Notes: a model not told the origin generated them from the letters alone. A DNA stretch of 63,408 nt, filler included, from Octopus bimaculoides (GCF_001194135.2; 7 parts of 6 records of this genome joined end to end with filler, not necessarily neighbours in it), one strand, 5' to 3'; positions 40,837 to 54,014 are shown, numbered from the whole stretch's first letter. Made by a program: numbers and translations.

Positions 40837-42252
40837 AACAACAATAACAATAATAATAATGATGATGTCAATGATGACGACGATGATGATGATGATGATG
40901 AAAACCACAGTAATATTTCCTAACGTTTCGCACAAATACTAACATTTACGGAGGCGTAAGTAGAAATATATAAACTCTGTCTGTTCTACATGGCGATATG
41001 TGTGTGTTTTGTTGCTATTGCCCCTGGAATCAAACTGACCAAAGACAAAGAATTCTTCATCCTCCTCCACCCGCACCGAACCCAATTCCCCACTCATCCA
41101 TCTCTTTCCAACTATTTCATTTCTACACCAGTGGATACAGATGGGAAAGTTCACTTATTACGTACAAGTCCACCAAATGGATATATATGTATCTCGTTAG
41201 TGTGTTTGTATATCTGTATGAATGTGCGTGTATATGCATGTGTTTATGCATATTTGCATGTATGTATGTATAAATACACACACACGCACATGCATATATA
41301 TATATTTGTACATATATATGTATATATATAAACATTGTTGTGCATATGTGTGCATGTATATGTGCATGTGTGTATATGTATGTATATATATATATAAGTG
41401 TATATATGAATGTTTATATATGTCTGTATATATATAAATGAATATATAAACACGCACGTACACACACACACATATATATACTTATATGAGTTTGTGTGTG
41501 TGTGTGCATATATGTATGAATATATAAGTATTTATGCACACAAGTACACATAAACACAAGCACTCACACACACACGCACACACACACATATACACACATA
41601 TTTATATGACGCTGCGTACTGAATGGAAACATATAGTTATGCATGTCTCTCGTGTGTGTTGTGTGTGTGTTTGTATGTGTCTATGTACCTCTGCACGCAT
41701 ATGAATTCGTGTATTTATCTGTCCCTGTACGTGCATGGCCGTCTTAAAGGTCTTAAAAGTGAAATATTAATAATAATGATAACAACAACAATAACAATAA
41801 TGATAATAATAATATTAATATTAATGACAACAACACATAAATATAAATAATGAAAATAATAATAATAATAAAAATGCGGGAAGCGATAAGAGCAAACCCG
41901 GTGTCAGAAACGTTAGCGTACTTAATTGGATCTAGACCTTGTTTATTTTATGCGTTGATATTAAAGCTCACTTTATAGAGTTTCAGACTCCACCAAAAAC
42001 GGCTAACGTCCATAGCATGAGTCAAATGTACAACTGGCTGTCTCCTGATCAATGCGCTTGGGACGTTTGCCAACATCATACATCAGTAAAACGATAATAT
42101 TTCATACCCATTGTGAAAATCAGACACACGTTCCGATTTGATATGTTTCAACTGAGTTTGCGGGGATATTACCGTCCGTTTGTTTTTGTGTGTCTATACA
42201 CACAATGGACATATACGTATATAATTACATATGCATACACACACACATACGC

Positions 42253-42318
<66 letters not shown>

Positions 42319-42690
42319 GTGTATATAAAATTTATATATTTACATATATATATATATATATGAATACATATACATACATGTTCAAATGGCAATACACATA
42401 TAATATACTGCATTACACTTATGTACATGTAAGTTTTATATACATGTATATATGTGTATATATATGCATATATTTATATATATGTGTGTATATATATATA
42501 CTTATATATATATATGTATATACAAACATATATGAATATATATACATTTTATATATATATATACATATACTTTCATTTATGTATTTATATATGGAAATAT
42601 ATACCATACATATATATATAAACACATGAAAATATAATGCATATACATACCTATATCAATACACACACGCACACACACGTGTATGCATTC

Positions 42691-42721
<31 letters not shown>

Positions 42722-43311
42722 CACGGCTATTGTTTATATCGGTTATATTTCCTTGTGGTTGGAAATATTTTCAATCCAAACCGTCCTTTGTTTTATATAC
42801 CAAGACCCACCCATCTATCCTCTCTCCCTCTCTCTTTCTCTCTCCCTCTTTCTCTCCCTCTCGTATTTGCTTAACCCGCTCTACTTTCTACCAATCAGCT
42901 GCCTCTCTATGTAATTGTCCGTTTTATCTCTTTATTAATCTATACAAATGTACCTACATATCTATCAATATATATATATAGAGAAATAGATATACATATA
43001 TATGTATGTGTATATGTATGTATATGTGTGCATATATGTATGTATCTTTATCTTGTATATGTATACGCATATATAGATATGTGCTTGTATGCGTGTGTCT
43101 ATGTGTGTGTTTGTGTGTTCATATNNNNNNNNNNNNNNNNNNNNNNNNNNNNNNNNNNNNNNNNNNNNTTAATTAATTAANNNNNNNNNNNNNNNNNNNN
43201 NNNNNNNNNNNNNNNNNNNNNNNNTATATAATACCAGTATCATCAGTATCATCATCTAATTTTATGAAGACAATTCGTGTATAGTTCTGCAAATTATATT
43301 GATTTTAGAAC

Positions 43312-43380
43312 AATCGTGCTGATGAACCACAGATGTTTTTACGTAAGTAAAAAAGTTGATGGAGAAACCGGTACACGATT
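43312..43380 (+). ncRNA. Minimal type I hammerhead ribozyme
   Basis: AATCGTG-CTGATGA-[helix II]-GAAA-CCGGT-A-CACGATT: perfect 7-bp helix I, intact core, palindromic ACCGGT helix III, GUA triplet at 43371-43373. Confidence 0.8.
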
Positions 43381-43454
43381 AATTCTTTATTTTGTATATT
43401 TTTCATTTTGTCTTGCCTGCCTATGCTCTGGTGTTTGCTGAATTTTTTTCTGGA

Positions 43455-43969
43455 GAACATTATTTTTCCAATCTCTTTCAAGTGGTTGGAAATTGTTGTA
43501 TACGTTATGTCTAATTCAGAAGCAAGCTCTCGAAGAATTGTGCGTGGATTGGCTTCGACTAAGGCTCTTAGTTGATCGTTGTCAACATCCGATGGCTGAC
43601 CACTATGCTTATCATCTTCAAGATTCCCGTCATCACTACAAAATTTCTTGAAACACCATTGTGCTGTACGTTCATTAGTGGTTGCTGGGCCAAATGCATC
43701 ATTGATATCGCGAGCTGTTTCAGCAGCTTTTCGGCCTTGCTTGAACTAGAATAAGAAAATTGTGCAAATTTGCTTTTTGCCCATGTTGTATTCAACGTTC
43801 CAGAAAAAAATGGCCTAACTATTTAAAAAGAAAAGAGTAACACGATTAGATAGAGCGAAAAATGGGCTTTAAAATGATATATAAAGTCAAAGTAATTTAG
43901 CGAAAATTACTTTGAAAATATATAATTTAAAACCGAAATTTAAAATCCCGCAAGGACGTTTTTGACAAC

Positions 43970-43973
<4 letters not shown>
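43455..43973 (-). pseudogene. Mariner (Hsmar1/cecropia-like) 5' half with left TIR
   Basis: From 43784: MGKKQICTIFLF*FKQGRKAAETARDINDAFGPATTNERTAQWCFKKF..DVDNDQLRALVEANPR..RELASEL..TISNHLKEIGK; TIR TTAGGTTGTCAAAAACGTCCTTGCGGGATTTT at 43942-43973 abutting (TA)n. Confidence 0.9.
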
Positions 43974-44001
<28 letters not shown>

Positions 44002-44005
<4 letters not shown>

Positions 44006-44080
44006 AGAATTTAAGGATTGGAGAAAACGCATGTTATAATTGCATAAACATGCGTTTTCTCCAGTCCTTAAATTCTTAAA
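44002..44080. repeat. Inverted repeat, 34-bp arms, 11-nt spacer, next to (TA)n
   Basis: TTTAAGAATTTAAGGATTGGAGAAAACGCATGTT / AACATGCGTTTTCTCCAGTCCTTAAATTCTTAAA, one T:G mismatch. Confidence 0.95.
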
Positions 44081-44247
44081 TATACTCANNNNNNNNNNNN
44101 NNNNNNNNNNNNNNNNNNNNNNNNNNNNNNNNNNNNNNNNNNNNNNNNNNNNNNNNNNNNNNNNNNNNNNNNNNNNNNNNNNNNNNNNNNNNNNNNNNNN
44201 NNNNNNNNNNNNNNNNNNNNNNNNNNNNNNNNNNNNNNNNNNNNNNN

Positions 44248-44291
<44 letters not shown>

Positions 44292-45732
44292 ACATGTATA
44301 TCTGTGAGTGTGTGTATCTTTGTCTCTGCATTTGTTCCCCACCACCGCTTGACAGCCAGTGCTGGTGTGTCTACATTCCTGTAAGTTAGTGGTTTGGCAA
44401 AAGAGACTGATTGAATATGTATCAGGTTCTTAAAAAGAAATAAATATTGGGGTTGATACATTCAACTAAAAATTCTTCAAAGCACTGCCCCAGCATGGCT
44501 GCAGTCTAATGACTAAACGAGTAAAAAGTTAAAAACAAAGGTATTTGATTTAGGAACAAAGTCGGCAAATTTGATGCCAGGAGATCAGCTGATGGCATCA
44601 ATTCCAGTTCTTGACCGGTGCTTAATTTTATCTATCCAGAAAGGATGAAAAGTAAAATTGAGTTTGGGAGGATTTGAACTCAGAACATGAAAAAAAATCC
44701 CTCTGAGGCCAACTTTGTTTTCACTTACAACAAGCATCAATAAAAATACTTCGATAGAAAAAAAGTTATCATATAAATTTTATTCAAACTTTTTAAAATG
44801 TGTACTTAATACAAAGAAGATATTTTGAAGGGAAAAAAATCATTTTATATACATGGATTAATTAAAATATTTTTATTGTGTGAAAAATATGAACAATCTT
44901 TATATTTGTTTCTGATTCTAAATATTTTCAATGATTATTATTATTATTATTATTACTAGTGTTGTTGTTGTTGTTATTACATTTATAAGAGAATAACATA
45001 ATACATTTATAACGACATGTGAATAGACAAGGAGGTATATGTTTGTGTTTCTGTAATTGTATCTTGTACTTGATTGTGTCAACTGTAAGCACCAAAGTTA
45101 CTGGTATGATCCTGCAAGTTTGTGATAGAAATTATTCATATCTCACAAATAATGTGTATAATAAAAGTTTTTTATGGAGTTATTCAATTATTTGCTCAGT
45201 ACTGCAAAGTGTTTAACTGAAAGAAATTCAAGAAGAAATTCATTTTGAACCAAACATTTACATACATTCACATGTTTGTTCCTATGGGTGGATTTCTATT
45301 GAAAATTTCAGACTATATTATATCATTAAGTCGGTTTTAATTCTCAAGTTTCTAAAATTGCAAAGTTGATGATGTTGTTGATGATGATGATGATGATGAT
45401 GTTGTGGTGATGATGCTGGATGAATTACCTTGTGCTACTAAGCTAGCTGTGGTCTTCTAACATGTTTCCAGCGGTGTGAACATGCACACAGATAAACAGA
45501 TGATCAGGTAAATATTATAAGGGAATAACTATTTTAATTTTACATATTGGAAGCTGATGAATATTCAGCCCCATTTACTTTTAAAAGCACTGTTACTTAG
45601 AGATTTATAGTTAATTATAGTCAGTTAACAAGCACCTGTTCTATGGTGCCACCTTGATGTTGTTATTGAATCTTTTATAAATGTTCACATTCACCACATT
45701 CTTACATCTCTTTTAATATTTTCATTGCAAAG

Positions 45733-45945
45733 TAAGGTGGCAAGTTGGTAGAATCATTAGCACACCAGGTAAAATACTTAGTTGCATTTCATCTGCCTTT
45801 ACATTCTGAGTTCAAATTCTGCTGAGTCCACTTTACCTTTCATCCTTTCAGGGTTGATAAAATAAGTACCAATTGAACACTAGAGTCGATGTAATTGACT
45901 TTCCCTGTTCCCCAAAATTGCTGGCCTTGTGCTTAAATTTGAAAT
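45733..45945 (+). mobile_element. SINE family B, CpG-decayed (others: 46135-46305 -, 56995-57165 +)
   Basis: Aligns by eye to 17455-17670 with CG changed to TG/CA throughout. Confidence 0.8.
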
Positions 45946-47627
45946 CCCTTTTTTTGTTGCAGAACTTTCATCATCCACTTTCTTCATTTTCATTTATACC
46001 ATCTCCAATCCCTTATCTTGTTTATAATCAGACGCTCAAGCACATTCTAAATTTTTGTTTCCATTTATATTGTGTCAGCAACCAACTCCAAATTAAACCT
46101 TCAACAATATGTAATAATATTCCTTTTTGCAATAAGCACAAGGCCTGAAATTTTGGGAGATGGGGGATTTGTCAATCACATTGGCTCCAGTGCTTGGCTG
46201 GTATATATTTTATTGACTCTGAAAGGTTGAAAAGCAAAGTTGACCTTGACGGAAATTGAACTCAGAATGTAAAGACAGATAAAATGCTGGCAAGCATTTT
46301 TTTCCTGGCTTGGTTCTTTAAGCGGAGTTTGAATTAGACAAAATTAGACATTTTCTTTGTAATTACAATATAACCAATATAATTCGTGTGTGTGTGTGTG
46401 TGCACAATGCTATTATTTCATCCAACATGATAAACTCAGGATCCATCTCAGAGAGTGATGAAAAGGGGTAAGAAACATTCTGTTGATGATGTCGGAAGAT
46501 GAAATTGCTATTACTTAAAGGATCTAAAGCCGATTTACTAGTTAATTAAATGATGTTGATTTCTTTTAATTAAGTACCAGGTAAATTTTTGTAATAGAGA
46601 AATGCAGTCAGCTGAACTGAATCTAATATATCACTGATATTTATTTTATTGGCATATGATATTAACATGTAAACTACAACTAAGTTAAGACATTCACTTT
46701 GCAATCTCAAGTCCCTGGGTTTGATCCATCTGTATAGCATCTTTAGTAATTGTTCTCAAAGGACCAAAGCTTTGTGTTGAGCTAGTCTAAGGGAAGGAAA
46801 TTGGGTAGATGGAAACTGTGTGGACACTTGTCAGATATACTGTACCTCTGATTTAAAAATTCAAATATGGTGCACTGATCTTGCCTTATAAATATTCTAA
46901 AGCTACAAGTATTGGTGGAATATCTAGCTGTTTACATTATAATTCAATTAGTAGATGGATCCACTCATCAGATAAGTGGAATATTCAAAACAAAGAATTC
47001 CTCATTTTATTGTCAGTCAATTTTGCTTGGGCCTGTACTCATGATGTGAATAGACAAATTCTTTAAGATGTAAAATCATATTAGACATTATAAGTACTAG
47101 TTTAAGACAGAAAAAAGCAATAGAATCAGTGACATCTATAAATCTTTTCTCCCTCAAATTGTTGCTTATAATATCATATAACAATTTTGTTGAAAATCTA
47201 GGGGAGTTAATTCATGCTTTTAGTTATTTACATCTGATTTTCTAAGTTGGCACGATTGGATGGGTACTTATTTGGAGCAGAATTTTTACAGTTGGATGCT
47301 CTTCCTCTCACCAACCCTTGAACTATAAGATATAATGTTCACCAGGAATTTAAACATGACAAAAATGTTTTTTTTAAAATCTCTTTCCCACTAGGCAAAC
47401 TCATGTAAGTGAAAAGGACAACTTTTATGCACGCAAATGTTCGCACACACACACATGAGGAACTATCAATAAGTTTCCATCAACTAATTCCAAGGCATTA
47501 GTATAGAATAAAATATATTTGCCAACTGAAATGTGGATGGATATATATATATACACATATACATACACACACACACACACACATATCTATCTATCTATCT
47601 ATCTATCTATGTATATATATATATATT

Positions 47628-47772
47628 TAGGCACAGAAGTGACTGTGTGGTAAGTAGCTTGCTAACCAACCACATGATTCTGGGTTCAGTCCTACTGCAT
47701 AGCACCTTGGGCGAGTGTCTTCTACTATAGCCTTGGGCCGACCAAAGCCTTGTGAGTGAATTTGGTAGATGG
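47628..47772 (+). mobile_element. SINE family A head
   Basis: GTGTGGTAAGTAGCTTGCTAACCAACCACATG..GGGCCGACCAAAGCCTTGTGAG. Confidence 0.8.
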
Positions 47773-47872
47773 NNNNNNNNNNNNNNNNNNNNNNNNNNNN
47801 NNNNNNNNNNNNNNNNTTAATTAATTAANNNNNNNNNNNNNNNNNNNNNNNNNNNNNNNNNNNNNNNNNNNN

Positions 47873-48293
47873 TACCTGGCACGAACCCAAACTGCATCTC
47901 ATCTAAATTGATTCGCTCCCTAATTAGTTGGGCTATGACCCTCTCTGTAACTTTCATAACCTGATCTAACAGCTTGATGCCTCTGTAATTATTTGTATCT
48001 AAAGCGTCCCCTTTACCTTTGTAGCAGTTGACTATGATGCTGCTACACCAGTCATAGGGTATGACTCCTTCGTGTATCACCTGGTTCGTAATACGGGTGA
48101 CTAGGCTATAGCCAACACTGCCAGATATTTTGAGCATCTCTGCAGTGATTCCTGATGGGCCGGGGGCTTTCCCAGTCTTCATACTCTTAATTGCTTTATC
48201 TACCCTGGTACTATCAACTCGGATAGCTGGTCCCTCTATTGGGTCGACATAAGGCAGGCTCTCTTTCTCCCATTCATTCTCTTTATTAAGCAA
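47873..48293 (-). mobile_element. RTE-clade LINE RT fragment, open frame
   Basis: KAIKSMKTGKAPGPSGITAEMLK..IPYDWCSSIIVNCYKGKGD..NYRGIKLL..MQFGFVPG. Confidence 0.9.
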
Positions 48294-48329
48294 TCTATCT
48301 ATCGTATCAAAATCAAAATCCTCAAATCA

Positions 48330-48810
48330 AAATTGGTGCATGACATGAGTAATGATGCATCTTTCCAGGTGCATATTATTAATTTGGTAATAAAATACAG
48401 ACGGCTAGCTGGATGGATTCTCTGAACTCTCAGAACAAGAGGAAAGGAAAGTATGATGGTCCTTTGGTGGACATATATTCTCAGCCACTTGGACTACTAC
48501 TCCCAACTATGGTCACCATACAGTATAAAATTAATGGTGGAATTCAAAGCAATCCAATGAAGAAAATCATCTCAGTGCAACATATCAGCTAATGGGAAAG
48601 TTTATCTCTAAAATAAAGGCGGGAAAGATATGCAGTGATATACATCTGGAAAATCCTAGAAGAACTTGTATCAAATGTTAGCATTAAAAGTTACACAAAC
48701 AGCAGAATGGGGCACCACTGTACAGTGCCAAAGATCCCACCATCACCATCAAAATACAGGACCAGTAACATCCACCCCTAGGGGTCAGCCACACTTAAGT
48801 GGCAATATAC
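48330..48810 (+). mobile_element. CR1/L2-like LINE 3' ORF2 fragment
   Basis: ..SHLDYYSQLWSPY.. and IYIWKILEELV..SYTNSRMGHHCTVPKIP; parallels 49240-49855. Confidence 0.7.
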
Positions 48811-48910
48811 NNNNNNNNNNNNNNNNNNNNNNNNNNNNNNNNNNNNNNNNNNNNNNNNNNNNNNNNNNNNNNNNNNNNNNNNNNNNNNNNNNNNNNNNNN
48901 NNNNNNNNNN

Positions 48911-49855
48911 GAACTACAGACCTATCTCTCTGACCTCACACATCAGCAAGGTCATGGAACAAATTGTCAGAAGAAAACTAATCGCCTTCTTTGAAGAAAA
49001 TGACTTGCTGCCCAACACCCTACATGGTTTCCGACCAGGAAGAAGCTGCCTGACACAGCTCTTACAACACTATGACTGGGTGTTGAAACAGCTGCTCAAC
49101 CACTCAAATGTGGAAATGATATATCTCGACTTTGCAAAGGCTTTTGATAAAGTCAATCATCATGGAATGATATGTCACAAACTGCGTGATCTCGGTATAG
49201 TTGGAAAATTGGAAGAATGGCTTCATGAATGACAATGAAATGCAGGCGGCTGACTGAATGGATTCTTAGATCTTTTAGAACAAGAAATCAGGAAACTATG
49301 ATGGTCCTCTGGAGGTCACTTGTCCTAAGCCACTTTGACTATTGTTCTCAGCTATGATCACTAACCAGTATCAAATTAATCTCAGAACTTGAGGCAATCC
49401 AAAGAAGCTACGCTATGCAGCATATAAGCTACTGGGAAAGATTCAAGAGATTAAGACTCTATTCCTTAGAGCGTAGGCGAGAAAGATATGCCATAATATA
49501 CATCTGGAACAACTTGTCCCAAACTTTCACGTCAAGAGTTACACAAATACTAGAACTGGGCACCACTGCATAGTGCCAAGGACTCCAAATTTGCCATCAA
49601 GATATAGGACAAGATACTGCAATAGCCTGGGCTTCAGAGGTCCACAGTTCTTCAATGTCCTCCTGAAGGACCTGAGAGACTTGCATGGGATAGATGTACG
49701 TGTCTTCAAAATAAAGCTGAATTGCTTCCTGTCAAGTGTCCTGGATAGGCCAACTTTGTGGCAGGAGGTGCAGATGAGGGCAGCAGCATCAAACTCCCTC
49801 GTGCACCAAATGTCAATTCCTAAAATGATGGCAGCACATCCCAAGCACCCAGCCT
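48911..49855 (+). mobile_element. CR1/L2-like LINE: RT domains 1-3, internal deletion, 3' end
   Basis: NYRPISLTSHISKVME..HGFRPGRSCLTQLL..IYLDFAKAFDKV (48911-49230), then WILRSFRTR..SHFDYCSQL and the 3' region to ~49855. Confidence 0.85.
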
Positions 49856-49983
49856 TACCCTCTGATACGCTCGCTCTCTCACTCTCTCGCCTGTGGTCAA
49901 CCAGGCAACACAGTGATGCTCTCTGTACCTATATTACTATTTCGTCTCTTTTTTCCATTATCTCTTGCACCCCATACTACAAG

Positions 49984-51461
49984 ATGCCTCCAAAGAGGAA
50001 GAATACATCTTCACCTGCAGCAGGAAGCGCCAAGAAACAACGGAGAGCTATTGACCTTGACACGAAATGAAGATCATTACAGACTACGAAGGTGGGAAAA
50101 AGGTGAGAGCTATCGCAGACGATACGGGCCTGGCACATTCTACCATCTCTACTATTTTGAAGGATAAAGTTAAAGTGAAGGAGACAGCCAGAAATTCGAC
50201 AGGCTTTAAAGCATGCATCACAAGACATCGGAAAGGTCTCATTCACGAGATGGAAAAGTTGCTGGCAATCTGGATTGAGGATCAGATTCAAAAACGAATT
50301 CTGATGAGGCTTCTCACTATCCAAGCAAAGGCACACAGTATTTTCACCACACTGAAGGAGCAACAGGAAGAAGAAACAACTGAGACATTTACGGCAAGCC
50401 ATGACTGGTTTCAACGATTTCATTCGAGATTTAATCTGCATAATCGTAGCATCAGCTGTGAGGCAGTGAGCGCCGATGCAGAAGGAGGAGAAAAGTTCGT
50501 TCAAGATTTCGACAAAATGATTGTAGATAGTGGCTATCATCCAGAACAAATATTTAATGTGGATGAAACTGGGCTGTGGTGGAAGAAAATGCCTGAGAGA
50601 TCATACATCCACAAGAAAGCAAAAACTATGCCTGGTTTTAAAGCTTTCAAGGACAGAGTAACATTGTTGTTGGGTGGAAATCCCGCTGGATTTAAACTGA
50701 AGCCTCTCCTCATTTATCACTCACAAAATCCACGTGCACTGAAAAAAGTGAATAGACACATGCTGCCTGTTTATTATCGCTTTAACACCAAGGCCTGGAT
50801 GACTCAAGCTTTATTCAAAGATCGGTTTGCCAACTGTTTTACACTACAAGTCAGGCAGTATTTGCTGGAAAAAGGCCTTCCATTTAAAGTACTCCTGTGT
50901 CTCGACAATGCACTAGGACATCCCCAGCATATTGATGATTTACACCAGGATGTTAAGGTCGTGTATCTGCCTAAAAACATGACTGCTATATTACAGCCAA
51001 TGGATCAGGGAGCTATAGCAACATTCAAAGCGTATTATTTGCGCACAACATTTTCCAAGGCTATAGCAGCAACTGAAAGTGGTGAATTGAACCTTCGCGA
51101 TTTCTGGAAGAACTACAACATCGCAGACTGCATCAAGAACATTTATGCAAGTTGGGAGGAAGTGACTGAAAAATGTATGCAGGGTATATGGAAAAAATGC
51201 CTAAAACGTTTTGTGAATAACTTTGAAGGCTTCGATAACGAGGAACATGTCAGGAGTATAAATCGAAGAGTTGTGGACCTTGCTAATGAATTGAATTTGG
51301 AAGTGGAAGTGAACGACATTCAAGAATTAGTGGAATATGAAGAGGGCGAGCTAACTACAGAAGATTTGATTGAATTGGAAGCATTGCAGCATGTAGAAGA
51401 AGAACAAACAGAAGAAGTACAAAATTTATGTTCTCAGAGATGTGATGTGTGGCTTCTGTGA
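49984..51461 (+). pseudogene. Tigger/pogo-family transposase (CENP-B HTH + DDE_1, DD32D), one frameshift, C-terminally truncated
   Basis: MPPKRK..KKQRRAIDLDTK (49984-50067) joins MKIITDYEGG.. if one A is added at ACGAAATG; 464 open codons with FNVDETGL, LDNALGHP, LQPMDQG; 32 residues between D2 and D3; no TIRs seen. Confidence 0.9.
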
Positions 51462-52559
51462 AGATAGAAGCTGTCACAATGTTGCAACCGGGTACTAAAG
51501 CAACATTTTACTAACTCCATATTGCTGGTATGTTTTTGGATTTTAAGTTATTCTGTAGAATCAAGTTTGTTACAGGCTATGTAATTTATATAATATCTCT
51601 GTGTAGGAAAGCAGGGAGAATGGTTGTATGATTTCTTTAAGGTACTGAACTCAAGTTGCAGCAATATTATGCTCTCTTTGCATCAAAACCCCAAGGAGAG
51701 CAGGAATCTTTAAGATGTTACAGTTTATAATATAGTTCTTGTGGATTCTTCTCAGAAATTGAGATGCAAGGATTTGAGGATTTACAAACGCATTTACTCT
51801 GTGGCACCCCAGAAGCATACCAGCAACCATAAATTTGACTATAACAATCCAGAACAACTCATATGCTAATATTTTATAGAGATTTGTCATATGTAACCAT
51901 TGTTGTTTTTTTTATGCTTATTTTCTCTTTTTGTAATGAGGTAAGTCTCCAGTGGGTTTCTAACAGATCAGGTTCTATAAAACTATGTTGTGTATTTCCA
52001 TAAATTGTAGACATCCATAGAAGGAAGAATTGAAGAGTATGGCAATGATAAAAGCCAACTTGAGAACATACTATTTCGAGGATAATGATAACTGACACAA
52101 TTAGGAGCAGCCTACTTGATTAGTTACAGTAAACAGAAGCTTAACACTTTGCAACTTTATGCATGTGTGTGATGATTATGCAAGATGGGTGAGGATAGCA
52201 GTGTAGGTGTTTTGTAGTATATATTGCTGAATAGAATTAATATGAGGTAAATTTAATGACTATATCTGCAGAAGTACTTCTTACAGAGCCGTTTTTAGGA
52301 AAGGCTGATAGGATGATACAAGATCATCTTTTCAGGAGACTAAAAAAACCACTTTAAATTTAGAAGACTAGAGAGTTGCAGATTGTGTTACACATAAAGC
52401 CATCCCTTACTCTTCTGACAATCATCTTGCAAGAATTGCATTGGTGGTTAGTTGCCTCCAAGCTAGTGATGAGTGACTTCTTCCAGTTGCTGGTTTGTGG
52501 CTATATTGATCATTAAGAATGCGCTGCTGTTTTCTGTTTCATTTTTATGAGTGCCATCT

Positions 52560-52830
52560 AGTATCAGATGAGAATCATACCTGTGGTTCAATATCCACAT
52601 CCTTCTTCTTCTAGTTGTAATTTATATTCCTTCTTTCCAGCTACTATCTATCTTGGTAAATATCTTCTCACCAGGAAGAGACTTGATGTTCACAACTATT
52701 TGTCTATTTCTTCTGATAAGAATGAAGTCAATAATTGGCAACCATATGATGGTCTGATTTTATGAAATTTATGTTGCAGATGGTTAGATCACTTCAATCA
52801 CAGAATTGCAGCACTCATTTCCTTCATTTG
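52560..52830 (-). mobile_element. Old RTE APE-endonuclease fragment
   Basis: VLQFCD*SDLTICNINF.. and IDFILIRRNRQIVVNIKSLPGE. Confidence 0.65.
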
Positions 52831-53039
52831 TGTTTGCTGACTACAGTTGATAGTTGTTCACTCTTGTCACCACTCTTACAGTATGCAGTACTGATGGAGC
52901 AAGTGTCAGCCATTTTCATGCAACTGACATTATCCTGTAACTTTTGTATTATGCATTTTAGATTTGGTTGAGCTTTTATGATGGAATGCCCTTCTTATTG
53001 AAAGTTACTAACATGTATATGAGTGCGTTTACCATAGTA

Positions 53040-53073
53040 AACATTTTTACTACTTATAAGTAGTAAAAATGTT
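53040..53073. repeat. Perfect 34-bp palindrome
   Basis: AACATTTTTACTACTTA|TAAGTAGTAAAAATGTT, no spacer. Confidence 0.95.
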
Positions 53074-53584
53074 ATTTTCTGAAAGAGAAGAGCCTATCAC
53101 TTCTATTTTATTTTGGAACAATTGCAGTTTAGATAGGTTACCTTTAATGCAGTATAAACATACACACACACACACACACACTCTCTCTCTTTCTCTCTCT
53201 TTCGATGGCAGAAGAAGCTGCAGGGAAAGCATGGTTGAGTAAGAAAAAGAAAAAAATGAGTAGGAGCTTTTGGCAACAAGAGTTTTATTTTTCTGTGTAA
53301 AGAGGATACTGTAGGAAAACATGTGAGAAGTGCTATGCTGTGTGAGAGTGAGATCATAGGCTGGAGAAAAATGAAGAAAATGGTGTGACGGATGTGTAGT
53401 TAACTTGCACAATAGATGGGGGACAAGTAAACTGAAAACAATTGGGTGGGCATGCTCGAGATGACATGTAATGTCTTTAAAAAGCTCTGAGTGCTGTCAG
53501 CAATTATATCTATCTAATTTTAATAAGAAAATCTGTAGTAGAACAGAAAATAACCAATAGGCATCTAAAAGGTGTCAATTTTAT

Positions 53585-53632
<48 letters not shown>

Positions 53633-54014
53633 CTAAATTTATTTTTGTTAGTTTTAGATTTTCTTGTTCTAGTCAGTCAAACTCAAGCTGTTCTATGAAA
53701 TGGAGTTGGCCAGTTTAACAACTAGAGCAACCTGTAAGTTTTCTGTACTGAAGTCCTCTGGGGCTATACTGCCAACTTTACTATTTGATGGTTAACTTTG
53801 TGGGCAGTCAGGCAAAGTATATTTTATTGTCCAGTCTGTTCATGTATAATGGCTCTTTTGGTGACCGCATAAGCAACCAAGGCAGTCTGTGCATGGTCTT
53901 ATCAATTCCATGGGACTCACTGGAAATTGTTGACAGGCCAGTTCAGAATTAGGATTTATTACTGTCATTGATTTTGTAGCTATAGTGATATGTATTTTGT
54001 ATTTGTTCACTTAC

